This document shows positions 36,665 through 48,602 of a stretch of 64,000 nt of DNA, in pieces. Position 1 is the stretch's first letter. Each line of letters starts with the position of its first letter. Both the position numbers and the translations under genes were made by a program. This DNA comes from Escherichia coli (lineage in GTDB: Bacteria; Pseudomonadota; Gammaproteobacteria; Enterobacterales; Enterobacteriaceae), in the NCBI RefSeq assembly GCF_024298765.1, contig NZ_CP101210.1. The stretch is one strand, 5' to 3'. The notes under the pieces were generated by a model, which was not told the origin of the DNA, made no database searches, and was given only the letters and a program-made list of their open reading frames with translations.

Positions 36665-39600
36665 ATGATTACTATTGACGGTAATGGCGCGGTTGCTTCG
36701 GTGGCGTTTCGCACCAGTGAAGTTATCGCCATCTACCCTATTACCCCCAGTTCCACGATGGCAGAACAGGCTGATGCATGGGCCGGAAACGGCTTGAAAA
36801 ACGTTTGGGGAGACACACCACGCGTGGTTGAAATGCAGTCGGAAGCGGGTGCTATCGCTACCGTGCATGGTGCTTTGCAAACTGGTGCCCTCTCAACATC
36901 GTTTACGTCATCGCAGGGTTTGCTGCTGATGATCCCAACGCTGTACAAACTGGCAGGCGAACTGACGCCGTTTGTCCTGCATGTTGCGGCACGTACCGTT
37001 GCCACACATGCACTCTCTATTTTTGGCGATCATTCCGACGTTATGGCGGTGCGCCAGACGGGTTGCGCGATGTTGTGTGCAGCAAGCGTCCAGGAAGCGC
37101 AAGACTTTGCTCTCATTTCGCACATCGCGACGCTGAAAAGCCGCGTGCCATTTATTCATTTCTTTGATGGTTTCCGCACATCTCACGAAATCAATAAAAT
37201 TGTCCCGCTGGCCGATGACACGATTCTTGAACTGATGCCGCAGGCAGAAATTGATGCTCATCGCGCCCGGGCACTCAACCCGGAACATCCGGTGATCCGC
37301 GGTACGTCCGCCAATCCTGACACTTATTTCCAGTCTCGCGAAGCCACCAACCCATGGTACAACGCAGTCTATGACCATGTTGAACAGGCGATGAATGATT
37401 TCGCTGCCGCGACAGGTCGTCAGTATCAGCCGTTTGAGTATTACGGGCATCCGCAAGCGGAACGGGTGATTATCCTGATGGGCTCAGCCATTGGCACATG
37501 TGAAGAAGTGGTTGATGAATTGCTGACCCGTGGCGAAAAAGTCGGCGTGCTGAAAGTTCGCCTGTACCGCCCCTTCTCCGCCAAACACTTGCTGCAAGCT
37601 CTGCCGGGATCCGTGCGCAACGTGGCGGTACTGGACAGAACCAAAGAGTCTGGTGCCCAGGCAGAACCGCTCTATCTGGATGTGATGACCGCACTGGCAG
37701 AAGCCTTTAATAATGGCGAGCGTGAAACCCTGCCCCGTGTCATTGGTGGGCGCTATGGTCTTTCATCCAAAGAATTTGGCCCGGACTGTGTACTGGCGGT
37801 ATTTGCCGAGCTCAACGCGGCTAAACCGAAAGCGCGCTTTACGGTTGGTATTTACGATGATGTAACCAATCTGTCACTGCCGTTGCCGGAAAACACCCTA
37901 CCAAACTCGGCGAAACTGGAAGCCTTGTTTTATGGCCTTGGTAGTGATGGCAGCGTTTCCGCGACCAAAAACAATATCAAGATTATCGGAAATTCCACGC
38001 CGTGGTACGCACAGGGCTATTTTGTTTACGACTCCAAAAAGGCGGGCGGCCTGACGGTTTCTCACCTTCGCGTGAGCGAACAGCCGATTCGTTCCGCTTA
38101 TCTCATTTCCCAGGCTGATTTTGTTGGCTGCCACCAGTTGCAGTTTATCGATAAATATCAGATGGCTGAGCGTTTAAAACCTGGCGGCATTTTCCTGCTT
38201 AACACGCCGTACAGCGCAGCTGAAGTGTGGTCGCGCTTGCCGCAGGAAGTTCAGGCCGTGCTAAACCAGAAAAAAGCGCGCTTCTATGTGATTAACGCGG
38301 CGAAAATCGCCCGCGAATGTGGCCTGGCGGCCCGTATTAATACCGTCATGCAGATGGCTTTTTTCCATCTGACGCAGATTCTGCCTGGCGATAGCGCCCT
38401 GGCAGAATTGCAGGGTGCGATTGCCAAAAGTTACAGTAGCAAAGGCCAGGATCTGGTGGAACGCAACTGGCAGGCTCTGGCGCTGGCACGTGAATCCGTA
38501 GAAGAAGTTCCGTTGCAGCCAGTTAATCCGCATAGCGCCAATCGACCGCCAGTGGTTTCCGATGCCGCTCCTGATTTCGTGAAAACCGTAACCGCTGCGA
38601 TGCTCGCCGGGCTTGGTGATGCCCTCCCCGTTTCGGCGCTGCCGCCAGACGGCACCTGGCCGATGGGCACCACGCGCTGGGAAAAACGCAATATCGCCGA
38701 AGAGATCCCCATCTGGAAAGAGGAACTCTGTACCCAATGTAACCACTGCGTCGCTGCTTGCCCACACTCAGCTATTCGCGCAAAAGTGGTACCGCCTGAA
38801 GCGATGGAAAACGCCCCTGCCAGCCTGCATTCGCTGGATGTGAAATCGCGTGATATGCGCGGGCAGAAATATGTCTTGCAGGTGGCTCCGGAAGATTGCA
38901 CCGGTTGTAACCTGTGCGTCGAAGTTTGCCCGGCGAAAGACCGTCAGAATCCAGAGATTAAAGCCATCAATATGATGTCTCGCCTGGAACATGTCGAAGA
39001 AGAGAAAATCAATTACGATTTCTTCCTCAACCTCCCAGAAATCGACCGTAGCAAACTGGAACGTATTGATATTCGTACATCGCAGCTGATTACACCGCTG
39101 TTTGAATATTCAGGTGCTTGCTCCGGTTGTGGCGAGACGCCGTATATTAAATTGCTGACTCAGCTCTATGGTGACCGGATGTTGATCGCTAACGCCACCG
39201 GCTGTTCTTCAATTTATGGCGGTAACCTGCCCTCTACACCGTATACCACCGATGCCAACGGTCGTGGACCGGCATGGGCGAACTCGCTATTTGAAGATAA
39301 CGCCGAATTTGGCCTTGGTTTCCGCCTGACGGTCGATCAACACCGTGTCCGCGTGCTGCGTCTGCTGGATCAATTTGCCGATAAAATCCCGGCGGAATTA
39401 CTAACTGCGTTGAAATCAGACGCCAAGCCAGAGGTTCGTCGTGAACAGGTTGCAGCTTTACGCCAGCAACTCAAAGATGTTGCCGAAGCACATGAACTGC
39501 TACGTGACGCAGATGCACTGGTAGAAAAATCAATCTGGCTGATTGGTGGTGATGGCTGGGCTTACGATATCGGCTTTGGCGGTCTGGATCATGTATTGAG

Positions 39601-40189
39601 TTTGACGGAAAACGTCAACATTCTGGTGCTGGATACGCAATGCTATTCCAACACCGGTGGTCAGGCGTCGAAAGCGACACCGCTGGGTGCAGTAACTAAG
39701 TTCGGCGAGCACGGCAAACGTAAAGCGCGTAAAGATCTTGGCGTCAGCATGATGATGTACGGTCATGTTTATGTGGCGCAGATTTCTCTCGGCGCGCAGC
39801 TCAACCAGACGGTGAAAGCGATTCAGGAAGCGGAAGCGTATCCGGGGCCATCGCTGATCATCGCTTATAGCCCCTGTGAAGAGCATGGTTACGATCTGGC
39901 ACTCAGTCACGACCAGATGCGCCAACTCACTGCCACCGGCTTCTGGCCGCTATATCGCTTCGATCCACGTCGAGCCGATGAAGGCAAACTGCCGCTGGCA
40001 CTGGATTCACGCCCGCCGTCAGAAGCACTGGAAGAAACGTTACTTCACGAGCAGCGTTTCCGTCGTCTGAATTCGCAGCAGCCAGAAGTGGCAGAACAGT
40101 TATGGAAAGATGCTGCAGCTGATTTGCAAAAACGCTATGACTTCCTGGCACAAATGGCCGGAAAAGCGGAAAAAAGCAACACCGATTAA
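36665..40189 (+). CDS. ydbK: Pyruvate:flavodoxin/ferredoxin oxidoreductase (YdbK / Pfo)
   Basis: 1174-aa ORF with two 4Fe-4S ferredoxin CxxCxxCxxxCP motifs and TPP-binding region. Confidence 0.95.
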   Translation: MITIDGNGAVASVAFRTSEVIAIYPITPSSTMAEQADAWAGNGLKNVWGDTPRVVEMQSEAGAIATVHGALQTGALSTSFTSSQGLLLMIPTLYKLAGELTPFVLHVAARTVATHALSIFGDHSDVMAVRQTGCAMLCAASVQEAQDFALISHIATLKSRVPFIHFFDGFRTSHEINKIVPLADDTILELMPQAEIDAHRARALNPEHPVIRGTSANPDTYFQSREATNPWYNAVYDHVEQAMNDFAAATGRQYQPFEYYGHPQAERVIILMGSAIGTCEEVVDELLTRGEKVGVLKVRLYRPFSAKHLLQALPGSVRNVAVLDRTKESGAQAEPLYLDVMTALAEAFNNGERETLPRVIGGRYGLSSKEFGPDCVLAVFAELNAAKPKARFTVGIYDDVTNLSLPLPENTLPNSAKLEALFYGLGSDGSVSATKNNIKIIGNSTPWYAQGYFVYDSKKAGGLTVSHLRVSEQPIRSAYLISQADFVGCHQLQFIDKYQMAERLKPGGIFLLNTPYSAAEVWSRLPQEVQAVLNQKKARFYVINAAKIARECGLAARINTVMQMAFFHLTQILPGDSALAELQGAIAKSYSSKGQDLVERNWQALALARESVEEVPLQPVNPHSANRPPVVSDAAPDFVKTVTAAMLAGLGDALPVSALPPDGTWPMGTTRWEKRNIAEEIPIWKEELCTQCNHCVAACPHSAIRAKVVPPEAMENAPASLHSLDVKSRDMRGQKYVLQVAPEDCTGCNLCVEVCPAKDRQNPEIKAINMMSRLEHVEEEKINYDFFLNLPEIDRSKLERIDIRTSQLITPLFEYSGACSGCGETPYIKLLTQLYGDRMLIANATGCSSIYGGNLPSTPYTTDANGRGPAWANSLFEDNAEFGLGFRLTVDQHRVRVLRLLDQFADKIPAELLTALKSDAKPEVRREQVAALRQQLKDVAEAHELLRDADALVEKSIWLIGGDGWAYDIGFGGLDHVLSLTENVNILVLDTQCYSNTGGQASKATPLGAVTKFGEHGKRKARKDLGVSMMMYGHVYVAQISLGAQLNQTVKAIQEAEAYPGPSLIIAYSPCEEHGYDLALSHDQMRQLTATGFWPLYRFDPRRADEGKLPLALDSRPPSEALEETLLHEQRFRRLNSQQPEVAEQLWKDAAADLQKRYDFLAQMAGKAEKSNTD

Positions 40190-40218
40190 ATGCACTGGAT
40201 AAGGATTATCCAATTCTA

Positions 40219-40327
40219 AAAAAAAGCCCGGACGACTGTTCGGGCTTGTCTTTTTATATGTTGGAAAATCAGTAGCAATGCAATGGCCCAACAGAAAATA
40301 AAATCTGTGACAATAAAGGCATATAAC
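40219..40327 (-). ncRNA. micC: MicC small RNA (OmpC-repressing, Hfq-dependent)
   Basis: Reverse complement reads gttatatgcctttattgtcacagattttattttctgttgggccattgcattgc... ending in hairpin gcccgaacagtcgtccgggc + U-run; between ydbK and ompN. Confidence 0.85.
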
Positions 40328-40554
40328 CCGCGCAGAATAACGTATAGCAAATTAAAAGTATAATTTTTATTTTGTATGTATTATCTTCAATACATTCACC
40401 AGACTTATTATCATTTCCGTAGAATTATTTGATTAAGGTTTTACTTAAGGCGTAACAAATGATATTTATCGGCTAACTGAACTTCTCCTTTAGGATGTTT
40501 TCACTCCCCGAAATGGGGATAAAAGGCAAATAAAATAACTAAAGGATTTATTCA

Positions 40555-41688
40555 ATGAAAAGCAAAGTACTGGCACTTTTAATTCCTGCCCTGCTCGCCG
40601 CAGGTGCTGCACATGCAGCCGAAGTTTATAATAAAGACGGCAACAAATTAGATCTGTATGGCAAAGTTGATGGCCTGCATTATTTTTCTGATAATTCAGC
40701 GAAAGATGGCGACCAGAGCTATGCGCGTCTGGGTTTTAAAGGCGAAACCCAAATTAACGATCAACTCACTGGCTACGGTCAATGGGAATACAATATTCAG
40801 GCAAACAACACTGAATCTTCAACAAACCAGTCATGGACCCGTCTGGCATTTGCCGGACTGAAATTTGCAGATTACGGTTCTTTCGATTACGGACGTAATT
40901 ATGGCGTAATGTACGACATCGAAGGCTGGACCGATATGCTGCCTGAATTTGGCGGTGACTCTTATACCAATGCAGACAACTTTATGACTGGTCGTGCCAA
41001 CGGCGTCGCGACTTATCGTAATACTGATTTCTTCGGTCTGGTAAATGGTCTGAACTTCGCGGTGCAGTATCAAGGTAACAACGAAGGAGCCAGTAATGGT
41101 CAGGAAGGCACCAACAACGGACGTGATGTTCGCCATGAAAACGGTGACGGCTGGGGTCTTTCCACAACATATGATTTAGGCATGGGCTTTAGCGCTGGTG
41201 CGGCATACACCTCTTCTGACCGCACCAATGACCAGGTTAACCATACTGCGGCGGGTGGTGATAAAGCAGACGCGTGGACTGCTGGGCTAAAATACGATGC
41301 TAACAATATTTACCTGGCAACCATGTATTCAGAAACGCGTAACATGACCCCGTTTGGCGACAGCGATTATGCAGTTGCGAACAAAACCCAGAACTTTGAA
41401 GTTACTGCACAGTACCAGTTTGATTTTGGTCTGCGTCCGGCAGTCTCTTTCCTGATGTCTAAAGGCCGTGACCTGCACGCTGCCGGTGGTGCAGACAACC
41501 CGGCAGGTGTTGATGATAAAGATCTGGTTAAATACGCCGATGTTGGCGCGACTTACTATTTCAATAAAAACATGTCCACTTATGTTGACTATAAAATCAA
41601 CCTGTTGGATGAAGATGACAGCTTCTACGCTGCCAACGGCATCTCTACCGATGATATTGTCGCTTTAGGTCTGGTTTATCAGTTCTAA
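40555..41688 (+). CDS. ompN: Outer membrane porin OmpN
   Basis: 377-aa ORF with signal peptide and C-terminal ...VYQF porin signature. Confidence 0.95.
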   Translation: MKSKVLALLIPALLAAGAAHAAEVYNKDGNKLDLYGKVDGLHYFSDNSAKDGDQSYARLGFKGETQINDQLTGYGQWEYNIQANNTESSTNQSWTRLAFAGLKFADYGSFDYGRNYGVMYDIEGWTDMLPEFGGDSYTNADNFMTGRANGVATYRNTDFFGLVNGLNFAVQYQGNNEGASNGQEGTNNGRDVRHENGDGWGLSTTYDLGMGFSAGAAYTSSDRTNDQVNHTAAGGDKADAWTAGLKYDANNIYLATMYSETRNMTPFGDSDYAVANKTQNFEVTAQYQFDFGLRPAVSFLMSKGRDLHAAGGADNPAGVDDKDLVKYADVGATYYFNKNMSTYVDYKINLLDEDDSFYAANGISTDDIVALGLVYQF

Positions 41689-41696
41689 ATCCTCCT

Positions 41697-41720
41697 GCCC
41701 GCTGTTATGGCGGGCTTTTT
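41697..41720 (+). terminator. Rho-independent terminator of ompN
   Basis: gcccgc-tgttatg-gcgggc followed by ttttt. Confidence 0.8.
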
Positions 41721-41747
41721 CTGCTTATTCTTCCTCCTTTGATCTAA

Positions 41748-42263
<516 letters not shown>

Positions 42264-42270
42264 CACTAAC

Positions 42271-42295
42271 GCCCGCACATTGCTGCGGGCTTTTT
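42271..42295 (+). terminator. Rho-independent terminator of uspF
   Basis: gcccgcacattgctgcgggc + ttttt. Confidence 0.8.
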
Positions 42296-42438
42296 GATTC
42301 ATTTCGCAAATGTGCTGACATTTTCCCCTCTAATCCGTACCATACACGCCACAGTTTTTATATCAGATTTCTTATGCTGGGCGTTCCGGCATGACGCATA
42401 CTCTTCTGATGCCATATAACGAATTGAGTCGCTTTTAA

Positions 42439-43374
42439 ATGTCGCAAAATCAAGAAATTAGTAAGAAAGAACAATACAACCTGAACAAATTACAAAAACG
42501 TCTGCGTCGTAACGTGGGCGAAGCCATTGCTGACTTCAATATGATTGAAGAAGGCGATCGCATCATGGTTTGCCTCTCCGGGGGTAAAGACAGCTATACC
42601 ATGCTGGAAATTCTGCGCAATTTGCAGCAAAGCGCGCCAATCAATTTTTCGCTGGTGGCTGTTAACCTCGATCAAAAGCAACCGGGCTTCCCGGAACACG
42701 TTCTGCCCGAGTATCTTGAAAAGCTGGGCGTTGAGTACAAGATTGTGGAAGAGAACACTTACGGTATCGTGAAAGAGAAGATTCCGGAGGGCAAAACCAC
42801 TTGCTCACTGTGTTCTCGTCTTCGTCGCGGTATCCTTTATCGCACCGCAACGGAACTGGGGGCGACGAAGATCGCGCTGGGTCACCATCGTGACGATATC
42901 CTGCAAACGTTGTTCTTAAATATGTTCTACGGCGGCAAGATGAAAGGTATGCCTCCGAAACTGATGAGCGATGATGGCAAACATATTGTGATTCGTCCGC
43001 TGGCCTACTGCCGCGAGAAAGATATTCAGCGCTTTGCCGATGCAAAAGCGTTCCCGATTATTCCGTGCAACCTGTGCGGTTCACAGCCTAACCTGCAACG
43101 TCAGGTGATTGCTGACATGTTGCGTGACTGGGATAAACGTTATCCAGGGCGTATCGAGACGATGTTCAGCGCGATGCAGAATGTGGTGCCGTCGCATCTG
43201 TGCGATACCAACCTGTTCGATTTCAAAGGTATTACCCACGGTTCTGAAGTGGTTAACGGGGGTGATCTGGCGTTTGATCGCGAAGAGATCCCTCTACAAC
43301 CGGCGGGTTGGCAGCCTGAAGAAGATGAAAATCAGTTGGATGAGTTACGGCTGAATGTGGTTGAAGTGAAATAA
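42439..43374 (+). CDS. ttcA: tRNA 2-thiocytidine(32) synthetase TtcA (intact)
   Basis: 311-aa ORF with PP-loop SGGKDS and CxxC motifs. Confidence 0.95.
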   Translation: MSQNQEISKKEQYNLNKLQKRLRRNVGEAIADFNMIEEGDRIMVCLSGGKDSYTMLEILRNLQQSAPINFSLVAVNLDQKQPGFPEHVLPEYLEKLGVEYKIVEENTYGIVKEKIPEGKTTCSLCSRLRRGILYRTATELGATKIALGHHRDDILQTLFLNMFYGGKMKGMPPKLMSDDGKHIVIRPLAYCREKDIQRFADAKAFPIIPCNLCGSQPNLQRQVIADMLRDWDKRYPGRIETMFSAMQNVVPSHLCDTNLFDFKGITHGSEVVNGGDLAFDREEIPLQPAGWQPEEDENQLDELRLNVVEVK

Positions 43375-43376
43375 CC

Positions 43377-43455
43377 CGGATAGCGCCCGATGCGCAAGCT
43401 TACCGGGCTACTCTTATGGAGGCCGGATAAGACGCGGCCAGCGTCGCATCCGGCA
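43377..43455. repeat. REP (repetitive extragenic palindromic) element(s) between ttcA and dbpA
   Basis: ggccggataagacgcggccagcgtcgcatccggcaa at ~43422-43455 is a classic REP palindrome; second REP-like unit just upstream. Confidence 0.65.
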
Positions 43456-43502
43456 ATCCCGAAGAAGATGTTTACTCTTGCACCCTGCGATTCAACATTT
43501 CA

Positions 43503-44876
43503 TTATTTTAATAACCGCACCCGGCACGTTTTTCCTTTAATCTTCCCGCCCTGTAACTGTTTCCATGCTTTATGAGCAACAGCCTGACGCACCGCGACAT
43601 AGACATGCGCCGGATGCACGGCGATTTTGCCAATATCTGCGCCATCAAGCCCGATATCTCCTGTCAGCGCACCTAATACATCACCCGGGCGCATTTTGGC
43701 TTTTTTCCCGCCATCGATACATAACGTTGCCATTTCTGCTTCCAGCGGCACAATGGAACTATTAACTGGCGGCGTTTGCCAGTTAAGTTTTATCTGCAAC
43801 ATGTCAGAAATGATATTGGCCCGCTGTGCTTCTTCCGGGGCACAGAAACTGATCGCCAGACCGCTATTTCCTGCACGAGCTGTACGACCGATGCGATGTA
43901 CATGAACTTCAGGGTCCCACGCCAGCTCAAAGTTCACCACCAGCTCAAGCGATTTTATATCCAGACCACGCGCAGCAACATCAGTCGCGACCAGTACACG
44001 GGCGCTACCGTTAGCAAAACGTACCAGGGTCTGATCGCGATCGCGTTGCTCCAGATCGCCGTGTAACGACAATGCACTTTGCCCTACTTCATTCAGCGCG
44101 TCGCAGACAGACTGGCAATCTTTTTTGGTATTGCAAAACACCACGCAAGAGGATGGCTGATGCAAGCTTAATAACCGTTGCAACAGAGGAATTTTGCCTT
44201 TGCTGGATGTCTCATAAAATTGTTGTTCAATAGGTGGCAGAGCATCTGTTGAGTCAATTTCAATCGCTAAAGGATCGCGTTGCACTCTTCCGCTGATTGC
44301 GGCGATGGCTTCCGGCCAGGTTGCCGAAAACAGAAGCGTCTGTCGAGATGCTGGCGCAAAACGGATGACATCATCAATGGCATCGCTAAATCCCATATCC
44401 AGCATGCGGTCGGCCTCATCCATCACCAGCGTATTCAACGCATCCAGTGATACCGTGCCTTTTTGCAGATGATCCAGCATACGGCCCGGCGTTGCCACGA
44501 TAATATGCGGCGCATGTTGCAACGAATCACGCTGCATACCGAACGGTTGACCACCGCACAACGTCAAAATTTTGGTATTTGGCAGAAAACGCGCCAGCCG
44601 ACGCAATTCACCTGCCACCTGATCCGCCAGTTCACGCGTAGGACACAGCACTAAAGCCTGGGTTTGAAATAGCGACGCATCAATTTGCTGTAACAAGCCG
44701 AGGCCAAAAGCCGCCGTTTTGCCGCTGCCGGTTTTCGCCTGCACGCGAACATCTTTTCCGGCAAGGATCGTCGGAAGCGCGGCGGCCTGCACCGGCGTCA
44801 TGGTTAAATAACCCAACTCATTAAGGTTCGTGAGTTGGGCGGGAGGCAAAACATTCAGGGTAGAAAAAGCGGACAC
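43503..44876 (-). CDS. dbpA: ATP-dependent RNA helicase DbpA (DEAD-box)
   Basis: 457-aa ORF (GTG start) with Walker A TGSGKT and DEAD motif. Confidence 0.95.
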   Translation of the reverse strand: MSAFSTLNVLPPAQLTNLNELGYLTMTPVQAAALPTILAGKDVRVQAKTGSGKTAAFGLGLLQQIDASLFQTQALVLCPTRELADQVAGELRRLARFLPNTKILTLCGGQPFGMQRDSLQHAPHIIVATPGRMLDHLQKGTVSLDALNTLVMDEADRMLDMGFSDAIDDVIRFAPASRQTLLFSATWPEAIAAISGRVQRDPLAIEIDSTDALPPIEQQFYETSSKGKIPLLQRLLSLHQPSSCVVFCNTKKDCQSVCDALNEVGQSALSLHGDLEQRDRDQTLVRFANGSARVLVATDVAARGLDIKSLELVVNFELAWDPEVHVHRIGRTARAGNSGLAISFCAPEEAQRANIISDMLQIKLNWQTPPVNSSIVPLEAEMATLCIDGGKKAKMRPGDVLGALTGDIGLDGADIGKIAVHPAHVYVAVRQAVAHKAWKQLQGGKIKGKTCRVRLLK

Positions 44877-44905
44877 AATTTATTCTCGTGGTCATCGACG
44901 CAAAG

Positions 44906-45079
44906 TCAGCAGGCGCGTATCCTCGCAGATCTACGCTCACGATGCGACAATTTAATCGGTTCTTCGTCGGGTGGTGGGTCAGGCATGGGTTGCGGGCGAG
45001 GGATCGGATCGGGCACTGGAACAGGATCGCCAGGAATCGGTTCAGGGACAGGAATTTGCAAATAAATAAGTGTCGTCAT
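44906..45079 (-). CDS. Candidate small proline-rich protein (57 aa), unannotated in the ORF track
   Basis: Hand-translated MTTLIYLQIPVPEPIPGDPVPVPDPIPRPQPMPDPPPDEEPIKLSHRERRSARIRAC; SD GGAGGG 4 nt before ATG; ends 30 nt before dbpA start. Confidence 0.35.
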   Translation of the reverse strand: MTTLIYLQIPVPEPIPGDPVPVPDPIPRPQPMPDPPPDEEPIKLSHRERRSARIRAC

Positions 45080-45136
45080 ATTTCCCTCCGGTCATTGGGT
45101 GGACTCTTAAAGGGTAGACGCTGACAAATAACAGGC

Positions 45137-45258
45137 AAAAAAAAGCCGACTCATCAAAGTCGGCGTCGTACGAATCAATTGTGCTATGCAGTAATTCAAA
45201 AAAGGAAGTAAGACAATATGGAGCGCAACGCCCATCGCTTGACGTTGCATTCACCTGC
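45137..45258 (-). ncRNA. fnrS: FnrS small RNA (FNR-activated)
   Basis: Reverse complement reads gcaggtgaatgcaacgtcaagcgatgggcgttgcgctccatattgtcttacttcc... ending in hairpin gccgactttgatgagtcggc + U8; between zntB and dbpA. Confidence 0.85.
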
Positions 45259-45293
45259 AAGAGAGATATTGCCCTGAATGGGTAGAGAGTTTA

Positions 45294-45307
45294 TTGACTT
45301 CGCTCAA
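45294..45307. promoter_or_regulatory. FNR box (TTGAC-N4-CTCAA) centred ~42 bp upstream of the fnrS 5' end
   Basis: 8/10 match to TTGAT-N4-ATCAA at class II spacing. Confidence 0.6.
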
Positions 45308-45353
45308 ACTTTGCGGCGTTTTTGTATACAGACAGCCGGGAAAATTGCTTTTG

Positions 45354-46358
<1,005 letters not shown>

Positions 46359-46591
46359 TTATTTTGTAGTCTAGCCTTCTGGCCCTGTTACGCAACATCT
46401 CATCACCCCATTACCCTGAAATGATTAATAAAATTCTGTCTAAATTGAATACAAAAAGCAAAATGCTTTTCCATATACAAACCGTGTGAAGTGTTAAATA
46501 GCGTCTATCATTATCAGAATTATCTGATCATATGACGTGGCTTTTTTGCGATCGGATAGCAACAAAAATTGATAAAAATAACGGGATCTCA

Positions 46592-47824
46592 ATGATTACG
46601 CACAACTTCAATACCCTGGACTTACTCACCAGTCCTGTCTGGATCGTTTCGCCCTTTGAGGAACAGTTAATTTATGCCAACAGCGCGGCGCGACTGTTGA
46701 TGCAAGACCTCACGTTTAGTCAGCTACGAACCGGTCCCTATTCCGTCTCCTCACAAAAAGAACTGCCGAAATACCTCTCCGATCTGCAAAACCAACACGA
46801 TATTATCGAAATCCTCACCGTTCAGCGCAATGAAGAGGAAACAGCATTGAGCTGTCGGCTTGTTTTGCGAAAGCTGACAGAAGCAGAACCGGTGATTATT
46901 TTCGAAGGTATCGAAGCACCGGCAACGCTGGGTTTAAAAGCCAGTCGCTCGGCAAATTATCAGCGCAAAAAACAAGGTTTTTATGCGCGCTTTTTTCTGA
47001 CTAACTCTGCACCAATGTTGTTGATTGACCCCTCACGAGATGGCCAAATCGTCGATGCTAACCTCGCCGCGCTCAATTTCTATGGCTATAACCATGAAAC
47101 GATGTGCCAGAAACATACTTGGGAAATAAATATGCTCGGGCGACGCGTCATGCCTATCATGCATGAAATTTCGCATTTACCCGGTGGCCATAAGCCTTTG
47201 AATTTTGTTCATAAACTGGCGGATGGTTCGACTCGTCATGTGCAGACCTATGCCGGTCCGATTGAAATTTATGGCGACAAGCTCATGTTATGTATTGTGC
47301 ATGATATTACTGAGCAAAAACGGCTGGAGGAGCAGCTGGAACATGCTGCCCACCATGACGCGATGACCGGATTACTGAATCGGCGACAGTTTTATCACAT
47401 TACCGAGCCAGGCCAAATGCAGCACCTCGCCATCGCTCAGGATTACAGCTTATTGCTCATCGACACCGATCGTTTTAAACACATTAACGATCTCTATGGG
47501 CATTCTAAAGGTGATGAGGTGTTATGCGCCCTCGCCCGCACCCTCGAAAGTTGCGCTCGCAAAGGCGATTTGGTGTTTCGTTGGGGAGGCGAAGAGTTTG
47601 TCTTATTGCTACCAAGAACCCCACTGGATACCGCGCTTTCGCTGGCTGAAACTATCCGCGTAAGCGTGGCAAAAGTGAGTATTTCGGGCTTACCACGCTT
47701 TACCGTCAGCATTGGTGTGGCGCATCACGAAGGAAATGAAAGCATCGATGAACTGTTTAAACGCGTTGATGATGCTTTGTATCGGGCGAAAAATGATGGA
47801 CGCAACCGCGTGCTGGCGGCATAA
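46592..47824 (+). CDS. dgcM: Diguanylate cyclase DgcM (YdaM), PAS-PAS-GGDEF
   Basis: ORF 46532..47824; start set at MITHNFNTLDLLTSPVWIVSP (410 aa); GGEEF active-site motif. Confidence 0.9.
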   Translation: MITHNFNTLDLLTSPVWIVSPFEEQLIYANSAARLLMQDLTFSQLRTGPYSVSSQKELPKYLSDLQNQHDIIEILTVQRNEEETALSCRLVLRKLTEAEPVIIFEGIEAPATLGLKASRSANYQRKKQGFYARFFLTNSAPMLLIDPSRDGQIVDANLAALNFYGYNHETMCQKHTWEINMLGRRVMPIMHEISHLPGGHKPLNFVHKLADGSTRHVQTYAGPIEIYGDKLMLCIVHDITEQKRLEEQLEHAAHHDAMTGLLNRRQFYHITEPGQMQHLAIAQDYSLLLIDTDRFKHINDLYGHSKGDEVLCALARTLESCARKGDLVFRWGGEEFVLLLPRTPLDTALSLAETIRVSVAKVSISGLPRFTVSIGVAHHEGNESIDELFKRVDDALYRAKNDGRNRVLAA

Positions 47825-47844
47825 GCCGCGGATGCGTCTCGAGA

Positions 47845-48408
47845 TCAACGGCTGCGCTTAGCGTGGCGCTCCCAGTTTTCTTGCTTCGCCTGCGCCGTTT
47901 TACGTAGTGCGACGTAACACGCCCCGCTGCCGCCATGATGCGGTAGCGCGGTGCAATATGCCTGAACATCATCAAATTCGGTCAGCCAGCGCGCCACATA
48001 GCTGCGGACAATATTGGCATGCGATTTATCATCCCGCCCTTTACCATGAATAATCAGCACGTTACGCAAACCATCCGCCATGGCTTGTTGAATGAAACTG
48101 AACATCATTTTGCGGCACTCTTCCACCGGCTGGCGCAAAAGATTCAGGCTCGCCTGTTGCGGATATTTACCACTGCGCAGCTTATCCAGCACCCCATGTT
48201 GCAACCCTTCCCGCCGAAACTCCAGCGGCTGACTTAGCGGGATGATGTCGAGAAATCCGGTGGTGAGGAAATTATCAAGTTGCAGCGTGTCGATACGCTG
48301 CGGCGCACGTTGGTTACGCGTTGGATGCCAGTGGACATCTGTAGCACGTTTCAGCGGCTGGACATCTTCCATGGCGTCAAGAAACAGCGATTTGTCGTCA
48401 AGGTTCAT
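47845..48408 (-). CDS. smrA: Smr-domain endonuclease SmrA (YdaL)
   Basis: 187-aa ORF, synteny convergent with dgcM. Confidence 0.9.
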   Translation of the reverse strand: MNLDDKSLFLDAMEDVQPLKRATDVHWHPTRNQRAPQRIDTLQLDNFLTTGFLDIIPLSQPLEFRREGLQHGVLDKLRSGKYPQQASLNLLRQPVEECRKMMFSFIQQAMADGLRNVLIIHGKGRDDKSHANIVRSYVARWLTEFDDVQAYCTALPHHGGSGACYVALRKTAQAKQENWERHAKRSR

Positions 48409-48602
48409 GTAACCTCCTATGCACCTTCACACGTCGTGATTCAGACGGGTTAATTGTTCATACTTACTGCATCGTTCCCTTCACAGATTGAAACAATACT
48501 CTACTTCATACCTGTGAGTATCTGCGCAGGCGGGGCATTTTATACTAGCCTGTTAGCAGTATCGAACAGTTTAGCCCGAGTTTAATTCAGCACAGGCTCC
48601 GA

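Noticed and set aside
36733-39925. Minus-strand ORFs inside ydbK/pfo (e.g. 36908..37456, 38261..38767, 38431..38901, 39530..39925)
   Set aside because: Antisense to a well-supported 1174-aa gene with conserved Fe-S and TPP motifs.
44835-45065. Plus-strand 76-aa glycine-rich ORF (…GSGMGCGRGIGSGTGTGSPGIGSGTG…)
   Set aside because: It is the antisense shadow of the minus-strand proline-rich ORF (GGN is the complement of NCC), has no convincing RBS and overlaps the dbpA start; the minus-strand frame with GGAGGG-ATG is the better candidate.
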